A stretch of 32,000 bases of DNA from Candidatus Kuenenia stuttgartensis. GTDB lineage: Bacteria > Planctomycetota > Brocadiia > Brocadiales > Brocadiaceae. The position numbers and the translations under genes are program-made. Below, one piece after another: positions 1 through 8,802 of the stretch. The notes under the pieces were generated by a model that saw only the letters and a list, made by a program, of their open reading frames with translations, searched no databases and was not told where the DNA came from. Position 1 is the stretch's first letter. Each line of letters opens with the position of its first letter. Location: positions 3,330,001 through 3,362,000 of the forward strand of contig NZ_LT934425.1 of assembly GCF_900232105.1 (NCBI RefSeq), in the 5' to 3' direction.

Positions 1-1074
1 TCAACACGGTAAAAGCGGTTATCAATGCGGACATCGGCAAAGGTTCTGTCAACGGTTCTGGGGATGCGTTTCATGAAGAAGGCAAGAGCGGCGTCCATAT
101 CGACGTGTCGGATGACGGTAAGCCCCTCGTCGTAGCGTTGTTTTGGAGATTGATTGGTTTCGGAGTGGATTCTTGCGTGATAGACAACGGCAAGGTAAGC
201 GGAGAAGGCCTGGTTAATGGCATCAAGGGTGATAATGTCGCCGGAGCGGACTTCCGACTCGAACTGTGTCTGGCTGGTGCCGAAGAAACGTTCGACCAGT
301 CCGCCGGGAGCAGGGTCGCGTGGTGGTCTGTGGATGAGTTTAATGCCGAGGTTGTAACAGGCAGAGCGCAGGGCGTCAGAGTGGTAGACCTTGGCATTGT
401 CGAGGTAGAGTTCTTTGGGCGAGCCGTGGATAGTCCAGGCCCTGATGAGAGAATCGATAAGGATATCGAGGGTTTGTTTGAGATAATACCGTCCTTCGAC
501 CACATAACGGCTGTAGCAGTCGATAAAGAGACAGAGGTTTGTGGGAAGCGCCTCGCCGTCAACGAGCACGAAAGGGCCTTCCTGGAAGTCGCCAATCCAG
601 AGGTCGTGGGTATGCTCACGGCTAAGAGCGTATACGCACCTTTTGCTGTGAGACGCCGAGTTTGAGCCGGGTCGCCCCTGCGAGTCTGAGATGGCGGTAG
701 AGGGTGGATTTGGGGATCGTTTTCCCATAGTATTTCTCAAGAAAGCGGTTGAGGCAATCGTCGCTGCGGCGTGGTTGTTCTTTTTTGAGTTCAACGGCTT
801 TGTCGATAATTTCAGGAGAAAACCTTCTGGATGCGCCACGGTCGCTCCTCGCCTTTCTTGCAAGAGATTGAAATCCATCTTTGCGGTAGCGGTTGAGTTT
901 TCTCCTGAGGGTAGAGATAGTGGGTCTTTTCCGCTTTCCGTTGGGGAATACGACCTCCTGAAGGCAGAGTTTTTTCAGAAAAAGGTTGGTCTGCTCCTTC
1001 TCAATCTCACCGAAGATGACAGGATGCAGAAGATTGCACCAGAATAAAGCCCATTTTTCGTCTTTCGATTTCAT
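1..1074 (-). CDS. TnsB/TniA-like DDE transposase, partial at window edge, same frame change as the right copy
   Basis: Frame-1 part 622..1074 is identical to 8803..9255; the remainder is identical to the frame-2 part of the right copy. Confidence 0.85.
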
Positions 1075-1112
1075 AATTCACCTCCTTTTTTAAGTGTGGA
1101 GGTGATTGTAAC

Positions 1113-1751
1113 TCAAGACCAGCCGCTTTTTGTTGCCAGTTCGGGGAAAAATGAATGCCCAAAAATTCGGTGATATTCCGGCTCGGCGCTGAACAATTGA
1201 ATCGATTGATCGAGGGAGGTTTTTCGTTGTTTGCTTTTATACTTTCCGTGGTAAATGGGAAACATTTGGCGAAAAACCGGAGAGTTGGGGTCGGCCTGCC
1301 TGATGAGGTCAAAGGCGTTGCGGAGTGTGTATTTCAGTGAGCCAAAGAAACGCAGCCACCTCCAAACGGTTGACCAGGCAAGCATGCGGTTGTCTATTTC
1401 CTGTGTTCGGGTAGTATATCCGATGGCAGAGGAGACACTCCGGTAGGTTTCTGTATCATCTTTGACATAAGCCTGACTGAAGGAGAGACAGTGATCCTTT
1501 ACGTACCGCTTGTAAGGGAGCGCATACTCAGGATAGGAAGTAAACGTCTTCTTGCACAAGGAACATTTCCAACGTCCCAGGAAAGATTCTATCGTATGAA
1601 CAAGGGAGTCGATAATAACGTGAAACAACCGATATCTGCATTCATGAAGGGTGAAATTGACATGGGTACTCTTGCACTTTGGACAAAAGCATGGCTTCTG
1701 TTTTGTCGCAATAAGCTTTTCATGCTTGTGGATTTTTTCTATAATATTCAC
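1113..1751 (-). CDS. Zinc-ribbon/HTH protein, DUF6431-like (copy 2)
   Basis: CxxC pairs (CPKC, CSLC), identical to 8126..8764. Confidence 0.75.
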   Translation of the reverse strand: MNIIEKIHKHEKLIATKQKPCFCPKCKSTHVNFTLHECRYRLFHVIIDSLVHTIESFLGRWKCSLCKKTFTSYPEYALPYKRYVKDHCLSFSQAYVKDDTETYRSVSSAIGYTTRTQEIDNRMLAWSTVWRWLRFFGSLKYTLRNAFDLIRQADPNSPVFRQMFPIYHGKYKSKQRKTSLDQSIQLFSAEPEYHRIFGHSFFPELATKSGWS

Positions 1752-2173
1752 GCACTGCCTCCTTTGTATAGGGGGGAAATGGGCAGGAGGATGAAGTTTC
1801 CCAACGTTCGGTCCTCCTGCCCTGAGTTTTTTATGTTCCGGAAAAATCTTACAAAACTTGTCCTCGTGAAAACGGGGAACTGGGAAGTAAACCGCCGTTA
1901 GGAAGTTTGGAAGTGGTTTTAACCCCTTCCAAACTATTTAATGAGGCTTTACTCCGCCTTACGGACGGAACTTCTTTCTAACGGGGTAAACGATGTATTT
2001 TTCTTAACGTGAACAAAAAATCAAGTGAAATACTTACGCAGGATAAAAAAAAGGCGGGGTAGCTGGGTAAGATTTTTCAAATCATTTGCTGGGTATTAGA
2101 CTCAAATATTCTGAGACTAATTGGGCATTTTTGGAGCATTTATTCTAAGACGTAGCAGCTGGGAACTGATGAG

Positions 2174-2566
2174 TCAGAAAAATACCGGCAAAGGTATAGG
2201 AAGATACTCCAAAACGCAGAAGCCGAAAGCCCTCCTCCTGATGAAACGAACCGTAAGGGAAAAAGGGGGAGGGTAAAAAGGACAAAGGCACGGAATCTTC
2301 TGGAACGATTGAGGACGTATGAGGGTGATGTGTTGAGGTTTATGGACAATAAAAATGTTCCCTTTACGAACAATTTGGCAGAAAACGATATCAGGATGAC
2401 GAAGGTTCAGCAGAAGATATCTGGCTGTTTTCGTTCTTTGGAGGGAGCGAAAATTTTCTGCCGCATTCGGAGTTATCTCTCGACCTGTCGAAAACAAGGT
2501 GTAAATTTGAGCCGGGCATTACAGATGCTATTCCGTGGCGAATTGCCTGATTTTGCTAGCTCGTAG
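2174..2566 (+). pseudogene. IS66-family transposase C-terminal remnant
   Basis: ORF 2309..2566 has '...VPFTNNLAENDIRMTKVQQKISGCFRSLEGAKIFCRIRSYLSTCRKQG', the typical IS66 C-terminus; the 5' part is missing. Confidence 0.85.
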
Positions 2567-2780
2567 CGACAGTGGGTGAAAATACGCTGAATAGATACGA
2601 AAAAAGGGCGTATGATAAAGAAACAACAGTAATAGCATCTGGTCAATTTGAGCGAACACATGATTATCGAAATTCAAATCTATTAGATAGCACGATCGAG
2701 CTTTTAAAAGGGTTTTTCCGAAGTTAATCCAGGGAAGGTGTCTGGAGTTTTGATACCAAGAATTACGGAAAGAGAAGTCA

Positions 2781-3102
2781 TTGGATCACTCACTGCATTA
2801 TGTAAATAAACTTGGCGATGATATAAGAGTATTTCCTGAATACTCTATAGAATTAAAAGGAAGTAATGGCCAATATAGAGCAGATTTTTTATTTGAGAAA
2901 GCCGAGGAAAGGCTGTTAATTGAGAGCAAACAATGTAGCGATGTTTCAAAGCGTCATCTTAGTGATGGTTCTGACCAATTGTCAGCATATTATGGCTGCA
3001 TCTGGCATAGAAAAATGGTGTTCTTTATATTCCACCGCTTTCTCATGGAGTAGAAATGGAAGTGGCTCGTATTGAGAGAATGGTTGAGAATAAAATATAT
3101 AA
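2781..3102 (+). pseudogene. Possible PD-(D/E)XK-type nuclease remnant, frameshifted and interrupted by the IS1380-family element
   Basis: 'YRADFLFEKAEERLLIESKQ' resembles the D...ExK core. Another frame continues as 'VLYIPPLSHGVEMEVARIERMVENKIY' up to the IS boundary. Confidence 0.35.
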
Positions 3103-4818
3103 CCTAAATCCTGCAAACAAGGCAAAGCCTTGTTGCAGGAATAGGATTGAAATGGTAGGATTTCCAAGGTATTCGGCGGTATATTGATAACAAAAAACAC
3201 CTGAAAGGAGATTCACCATTTCGATGAAGAATATAGCAAAAAAATACAGCAAAAGACAACCGAAAATCAAGGCAGAGATGAGCGGGAAAGGCTTAACGGT
3301 ACATGCAGGGCTTTTACCGGTATTGAATTTTATGGGTAAGCTGATGTTCCGGGAGAGAGTCCATGAAGCGGTCCATAAGGATCGTGGAGCAAATGCCCGG
3401 TATCAGTTTGTCGATGCGGTACAAATGGTAGTGATAGGGTTGATAGCAGGGGCGACATCGATGGTAGAGGTGATGAAGGTGTGTACAGATGAGGTATTGA
3501 AGAAGATGTCCGGGTGGAAAGAGGTACCTGTAGATACTACGATAGGACGTATTATGAAGCTGGCGAGTCAGGGAGATATAGTGGAACTGACGGGGGTGAT
3601 CCACCGGTTTAGGGGAAAGATATGGAAGCGTGCGGTGAGATCAGGCCATAAACTCAGGAGTGCTCTTTGCGAAGTATGGATAGATGTTGATTCTACCGTA
3701 GATGGTGTATATGGGAAACAGGAGGGTGCAGAGGTAGGATATAATCCGCACAAGAAGGGGCAGAAGGCGTATCATTCCTTAATGGCATTTATTGCAGAAA
3801 CAAAGGAGGTATTACATAGTTGGTTCCGCTGTGGAAGCGCCTACACGAGTAACGGAGTAGTAGAGTTCATGAAGGAATGTATGGCGTACATGAATAAGGG
3901 GGTAAGGGTGGTATTTCGAGGAGACAGCGGTTTTTTTACCGGAGAATTACTTGAATACCTTGAGTCAATATTGGCGGGATATCTGATTAAGGTAAAGCTG
4001 AAGAATCTGGAAGGATTGCTTGAAGGGCAGAAATGGAATGAGGTGAAAGGGGAGCCAGGATGGGAACAGGCTGAATTTTGGTATCGATGTGCAGGGTGGG
4101 ATCGTGCGAGACGTTTTGTGGCAGTGCGGCAATTGGTCAAAAGAGAAAAGAAATTAGTAGAAGTGTCCGTGTATGAGTATTTTTGTTACGTTACAACGGA
4201 GCGGTTAAGTCCGATGGAAGCGCATCGTTGTTATGGAAAGAGGGCTACCTGCGAGACTTTGATAGAAGAGAGTAAAGGACAGATGAATGCGGGGCACATA
4301 CGTACGGGTGAATTTTTGGCCAATGCTGCGCTATTTCAGTGTGCGGTGTTAGCGTATAATCTTTTGAAGTGGATGGGATTGCTCAGTGGTGGAGTGATAC
4401 AAAAGTGGGAAGTAAAGACGATGAGACTGTGGTTAATCCGTGTGGCAGGGAAACTGGTGGAGAGAAGCCGGCAGATGACATTAAAATTGCCGGAGAAATT
4501 TCTCCATCAGGAGGAATGGGAAAAGTGGGAACGCATGTCACTGGATGTAGTTTTTCAGTAGAAAACCGACGTTGTATTTCGTTTTTTTAGTCTTTTGAGA
4601 GTGGTAAGTATACCGCAGATGGAGACAGTACATCCCTATCTTGATTTTCATTGCATCAGAGAGCACGTTTCCGACAATTTCCCATGTCTTTTTGTTTAAA
4701 GTAGTACAATAGCGCTACCACAATTGCTAAAAAACGGATATCTGTTATCGCTTTTTGCCAATCTTGGTAGTGGAAAATACTGATTTTCGCATTGCGAAAA
4801 TCGTTTGCAGGATTTAGG
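3103..4818 (+). mobile_element. Complete IS1380-family element with 5-bp target duplication
   Basis: TIRs CCTAAATCCTGCAAAC at 3103 and GTTTGCAGGATTTAGG ending 4818; flanking TATAA at 3098-3102 and 4819-4823. Confidence 0.88.
3224..4561 (+). CDS. IS1380-family transposase
   Basis: 445-aa ORF with the IS1380-type core ('PVDTTIGRIMKLA...', 'WIDVDSTVDGVYGKQEGAEVGYNPHKKGQKAYHSL'). Confidence 0.88.
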   Translation: MKNIAKKYSKRQPKIKAEMSGKGLTVHAGLLPVLNFMGKLMFRERVHEAVHKDRGANARYQFVDAVQMVVIGLIAGATSMVEVMKVCTDEVLKKMSGWKEVPVDTTIGRIMKLASQGDIVELTGVIHRFRGKIWKRAVRSGHKLRSALCEVWIDVDSTVDGVYGKQEGAEVGYNPHKKGQKAYHSLMAFIAETKEVLHSWFRCGSAYTSNGVVEFMKECMAYMNKGVRVVFRGDSGFFTGELLEYLESILAGYLIKVKLKNLEGLLEGQKWNEVKGEPGWEQAEFWYRCAGWDRARRFVAVRQLVKREKKLVEVSVYEYFCYVTTERLSPMEAHRCYGKRATCETLIEESKGQMNAGHIRTGEFLANAALFQCAVLAYNLLKWMGLLSGGVIQKWEVKTMRLWLIRVAGKLVERSRQMTLKLPEKFLHQEEWEKWERMSLDVVFQ

Positions 4819-4956
4819 TATAAAATTATACAAACCTTTCCAAAAAAAATACCTAACACGTAGCATAAACATGGGGACAATTCCCATATTAGAAAACAAT
4901 ACGGGGGTTGTCCCCGTATTTCCGAACAGACGTAGTTAAAAAAGGGGAATAAGAAA

Positions 4957-5442
4957 ATGGATATATATGAATTTGCAATGCAGATGGAAAAAGACGGTGA
5001 AAAGTATTACCGTGATTCGGTCCAAAAAATTAACAACGCAGGGCTTAAAAACATACTGTGTCTACTGGCAGATGCTGAAGTGAAGCATTACAATATTCTT
5101 CAGAAAATGAAAGAAAATGAAAAAATTCACATGTCTGATACACAATTATTATCAAACGTAAAAAATATATTTATACAAATGAAAGAAGAGAAAGACACAT
5201 TCGGTGTTACTATCTCGCAAATAGATTTATATAAAAAGGCTCAGGATATTGAGAAAAAGAGCAAAGAATTTTATTTAGAAAAAGCGGAGGAAGTAAAAGA
5301 CCAATCTCGAAGATCACTATTTTTGAAGATTGCAGAGGAAGAAAAAAAACACTATTCAATACTGGAAAACATAATCAATTTCGTATCCCGACCGCAGAAT
5401 TGGCTTGAAAATGCCGAGTGGTTCCATTTGGAAGAATATTGA
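4957..5442 (+). CDS. Ferritin-like / rubrerythrin-family protein
   Basis: ExxxxxY and ExxH repeats: 'FAMQMEKDGEKYYRDS', 'DAEVKHYNIL', 'DIEKKSKEFYLEKAEE', 'AEEEKKHYSIL'. RBS-like AAGGGG upstream. Confidence 0.8.
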   Translation: MDIYEFAMQMEKDGEKYYRDSVQKINNAGLKNILCLLADAEVKHYNILQKMKENEKIHMSDTQLLSNVKNIFIQMKEEKDTFGVTISQIDLYKKAQDIEKKSKEFYLEKAEEVKDQSRRSLFLKIAEEEKKHYSILENIINFVSRPQNWLENAEWFHLEEY

Positions 5443-5500
5443 AGAAGTTGGTAATTACTTTTGTCGGTCAGGTTCGTCAGCGTCCTTTTTTGCTTACGCA

Positions 5501-5592
5501 CCTATTTCTTTTAAATCTTTTAACACTTCCTTTGCGTGATCAGCAGGTTTTACCTTTTCATAAATTTTCGCGATGTTGCCCTTAGGATCGAT
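5501..5592 (-). pseudogene. Peroxiredoxin (Bcp-like) C-terminal remnant
   Basis: Reverse-strand translation reads 'GNIAKIYEKVKPADHAKEVLKDLKEIGA'; no N-terminal domain. Confidence 0.5.
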
Positions 5593-5815
5593 TTAAAATG
5601 ACGTTCTAATGGCTCCCATATGTTCTTTCCTCATGAATTTTTTCGTTCTCCATTGAGATATACTGTAAGAGTTCATAAATAGGGATTTCCAGAATTAGGT
5701 TTAACTTCTGTCAGTACAAATAGCTATAGCATTTTTGTAATCACATTTTGTGGACACCTTGAGTATAGTTTCAACAGTTTAAAAATCAAATTCCAATACC
5801 GTTCACGAAAACTGC

Positions 5816-5861
5816 ATGCTTCTCGATGAGCGCCTTTATAAAGGCGCTCATCGAGAAGCAT
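5816..5861. repeat. Perfect 46-bp palindrome
   Basis: ATGCTTCTCGATGAGCGCCTTTATAAAGGCGCTCATCGAGAAGCAT equals its own reverse complement. Confidence 0.97.
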
Positions 5862-6150
5862 TTTCTCAGAGGTCGGACTTATATTTCCTGCGAACTATGC
5901 AAGCATCGGAACTGGGTGCAGCCCAATGGCAAACATAAAGAATACGCAGCACTGGGAGTATCTCTTCCATCACTATCACTACCTCGGCAATCCCCGGCTT
6001 GTTGGCGAACACCTCAGACACATCGTACGTATCGGCAATCAGGTTGTTGCCTGCCTGGGGTGGGCAAGCGCCGTATGGAAGGTCAAAGACCGTGATCGTC
6101 TCATTGAATGGGATGAGACTACTAAACCGTACGCACTTAGGCACTGTCCA
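5826..6150 (+). pseudogene. DruA-like (DUF4338) remnant, internally deleted and frameshifted
   Basis: Frame A: 'LRGRTYISCELCKHRNWVQPNGKHKEY'. Frame B: 'WEYLFHHYHYLGNPRLVGEHLRHIVRIGNQVVACLGWASAVWKVKDRDRLIEWDE'. Both match the DruA N-terminal pattern. Confidence 0.75.
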
Positions 6151-6175
6151 AAAATAATTTGGTATTTTTATTAAT

Positions 6176-6838
6176 TTAGTTAAGTGAAATTGTATAATTC
6201 CAATCTGGCAAGACACTGTGTTTGTTTATGTTTATTTCTTTCATTTGGTCATCAGTGATTTTGATTCCTTTTTGGTATTCTTTCTCGTTAAGAATGGTTT
6301 GTACGAGAAGACCCGCTGTTGTTGTAGTGCCAGCAATTAAACTTAGCATAACATCATAAGACCTCAAAGGATTCCCCTCCCAATTTTTACTGATAAAACT
6401 AAACAGACGATGTTCTACCGGATTCCATTTTGATGCTCCTGAGGGATAGTGGCAAATCCTGATGGAGAGTCCGTAAACTTTACAAATATTTTGATAAAGC
6501 GCATATTTCCACAACCGGGGACGAAATCCGTTGCTCCCTCCTGCGTCACAAAGAATAAGGAGTTCTTTTGCGCATGGATACCTCTTCCAACCAAATTCAT
6601 CCAGCCAAATCTTAATTGACTCGACTGCAAATTCCGGTGTGTCATAGGACGTACCAACAATAACTGTCCCTAAATTAGTCAGCAATTCATAGATACCAAA
6701 CGGACATCCAACACCAATTGCCTGAGAACGAAAATCATGGGCCAAAACTTCATTTACTATTTTTGTCCACGCCTTGCCCTCATTTCTGAAATTACCTATC
6801 AATTCCTTTTTCTTACTGTCAACACTGATTATTGGCAC
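6176..6838 (-). pseudogene. ISAzo13-family ('Rhodopirellula-type') transposase C-terminal fragment
   Basis: 'SVDSKKKELIGNFRNEGKAW', 'ILCDAGGSNGFRPRLWKYALYQ', 'HYPSGASKWNPVEHRLFSFISKNWEG'. Confidence 0.85.
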
Positions 6839-7248
6839 GGCAACGTCAAAGTCACCCTACGAAAGACGCGGATCAAGAATTTGTGCCAAAAGCTCCCATC
6901 AATAAGTGGAGAAGAAAGTAAAAAACGATAGAATTCCCATATAAATCGGCAGAAATGAGCAAAACAAGCAAAATGTAACGGGAGTATCCCTGTGGTAACG
7001 AAAGAGATAGTAAAAAAATAAAGGCTTTTTTTTGTTCTCTACATTACAAGCGAAGCATTTGAAGTGCAAGAAAAGGTCTTGCCGCAAAATTTCTGAGCGT
7101 CTTTGCTCGCAGCCTATAATGCTGCATTGCTAAATGGGTGAAAGTCCCATATCGGAAATTGGTTGTTTGACCGATTAGCTATATCTGACATATTGTAACG
7201 GATGTTCACCCCAAGTCAAAAAACAAAAGTGCCGTAAAAGCCTTATAT

Positions 7249-7719
7249 TTATTGACTTTTACGCCGAACAGCAAGCTTTTTTCTAGTGACTACCCGTATG
7301 TTCCGGCTTGGCAATACTTCTGGCAACTTTATCTGTAATGCCTCTAATAATTCATGTGATTGTTGCCGCGGACACGGGATCTTCTGGCAACTAGCTTTTT
7401 GGCCTTTGATTGTTACTTCCATCGAACAAATGGTCGTCAATTGTGCGAGACCTTCCTCTACCGTCAAGTCAAAATTCTTCCACGCTCTGCGCAGCCTTCG
7501 AATTATCATGTACGCAAGCATTACCACAAACACATGTCCCCGTGTACTATCCTCCTTTCTTACATACACCGGACGAACCTCCAAATTCACCGTCTTACAG
7601 TCCCGAAACGCCTTCTCCACTTCCGTTAAATCCTTGTATCGTTCATGTACCAGATTGGTATCCGCCTCGTTCTCCTCAAGATCAGTCTTGATTGCGTAAC
7701 AACCATCAAGATATGATGC
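7249..7719 (-). pseudogene. IS1634-family transposase, C-terminal third of a three-piece split gene
   Basis: Reads 'YLDGCYAIKTDLEENEADTNLVHERYKDLTEVEKAFRDC...VRPVYVRKEDSTRGHVFVVMLAYMII'; continues the frame broken at 11510. Confidence 0.88.
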
Positions 7720-8125
7720 TGCTACGTCTTAGAATAAATGCTCCAAAAATGCCCAATTAGTCTCAGAATATTTGAGTCTAATACCCAGCAAATGATTTGA
7801 AAAATCTTACCCAGCTACCCCGCCTTTTTTTTATCCTGCGTAAGTATTTCACTTGATTTTTTGTTCACGTTAAGAAAAATACATCGTTTACCCCGTTAGA
7901 AAGAAGTTCCGTCCGTAAGGCGGAGTAAAGCCTCATTAAATAGTTTGGAAGGGGTTAAAACCACTTCCAAACTTCCTAACGGCGGTTTACTTCCCAGTTC
8001 CCCGTTTTCACGAGGACAAGTTTTGTAAGATTTTTCCGGAACATAAAAAACTCAGGGCAGGAGGACCGAACGTTGGGAAACTTCATCCTCCTGCCCATTT
8101 CCCCCCTATACAAAGGAGGCAGTGC
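7720..8125 (+). other. Noncoding transposon end with strong inverted repeats; possible leader RNA/ncRNA
   Basis: GTTTGGAAGGGGTTAAAACCACTTCCAAAC (7943-7972) and GGGCAGGAGGA...TCCTCCTGCCC (8055-8096); no convincing coding content. Confidence 0.45.
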
Positions 8126-8764
8126 GTGAATATTATAGAAAAAATCCACAAGCATGAAAAGCTTATTGCGACAAAACAGAAGCCATGCTTTTGTCCAAAG
8201 TGCAAGAGTACCCATGTCAATTTCACCCTTCATGAATGCAGATATCGGTTGTTTCACGTTATTATCGACTCCCTTGTTCATACGATAGAATCTTTCCTGG
8301 GACGTTGGAAATGTTCCTTGTGCAAGAAGACGTTTACTTCCTATCCTGAGTATGCGCTCCCTTACAAGCGGTACGTAAAGGATCACTGTCTCTCCTTCAG
8401 TCAGGCTTATGTCAAAGATGATACAGAAACCTACCGGAGTGTCTCCTCTGCCATCGGATATACTACCCGAACACAGGAAATAGACAACCGCATGCTTGCC
8501 TGGTCAACCGTTTGGAGGTGGCTGCGTTTCTTTGGCTCACTGAAATACACACTCCGCAACGCCTTTGACCTCATCAGGCAGGCCGACCCCAACTCTCCGG
8601 TTTTTCGCCAAATGTTTCCCATTTACCACGGAAAGTATAAAAGCAAACAACGAAAAACCTCCCTCGATCAATCGATTCAATTGTTCAGCGCCGAGCCGGA
8701 ATATCACCGAATTTTTGGGCATTCATTTTTCCCCGAACTGGCAACAAAAAGCGGCTGGTCTTGA
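8126..8764 (+). CDS. Zinc-ribbon/HTH protein, DUF6431-like
   Basis: N-terminal 'CFCPKCKSTH...WKCSLCKKTFTSYPEYALPYKRYVKD'; first gene of the element. Confidence 0.8.
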   Translation: MNIIEKIHKHEKLIATKQKPCFCPKCKSTHVNFTLHECRYRLFHVIIDSLVHTIESFLGRWKCSLCKKTFTSYPEYALPYKRYVKDHCLSFSQAYVKDDTETYRSVSSAIGYTTRTQEIDNRMLAWSTVWRWLRFFGSLKYTLRNAFDLIRQADPNSPVFRQMFPIYHGKYKSKQRKTSLDQSIQLFSAEPEYHRIFGHSFFPELATKSGWS

Positions 8765-8802
8765 GTTACAATCACCTCCACACTTAAAAAAGGAGGTGAA
8801 TT

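Larger units (their letters stand above)
1..2157 (-). mobile_element. Second copy of the four-gene transposon, truncated by the window edge; inverted relative to 7720-11509
   Basis: Coordinates mirror the right copy with constant sum 9877 for every ORF (71..619/9258..9806, 1113..1751/8126..8764, 1491..1901/7976..8386). Bases 1-60 are the exact reverse complement of 9817-9876. Homology stops at about 2159/7718. Confidence 0.93.

Noticed and set aside
71-619. 182-aa plus-strand ORF and its mirror 9258..9806
   Set aside because: Runs along the transposase coding region in another frame or strand; low-complexity Ser/Thr/Pro composition typical of a shadow ORF.
105-1047. ORFs 105..665, 691..1047 and mirror ORFs 9212..9772, 8830..9186
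   Set aside because: Antisense or out-of-frame to the DDE transposase; no recognisable domains.
1491-1901. 136-aa ORF (and mirror 7976..8386) overlapping the transposon's noncoding end
   Set aside because: Antisense to the zinc-ribbon gene and leader; translation has no family signature. Not fully excluded, as both copies are identical.
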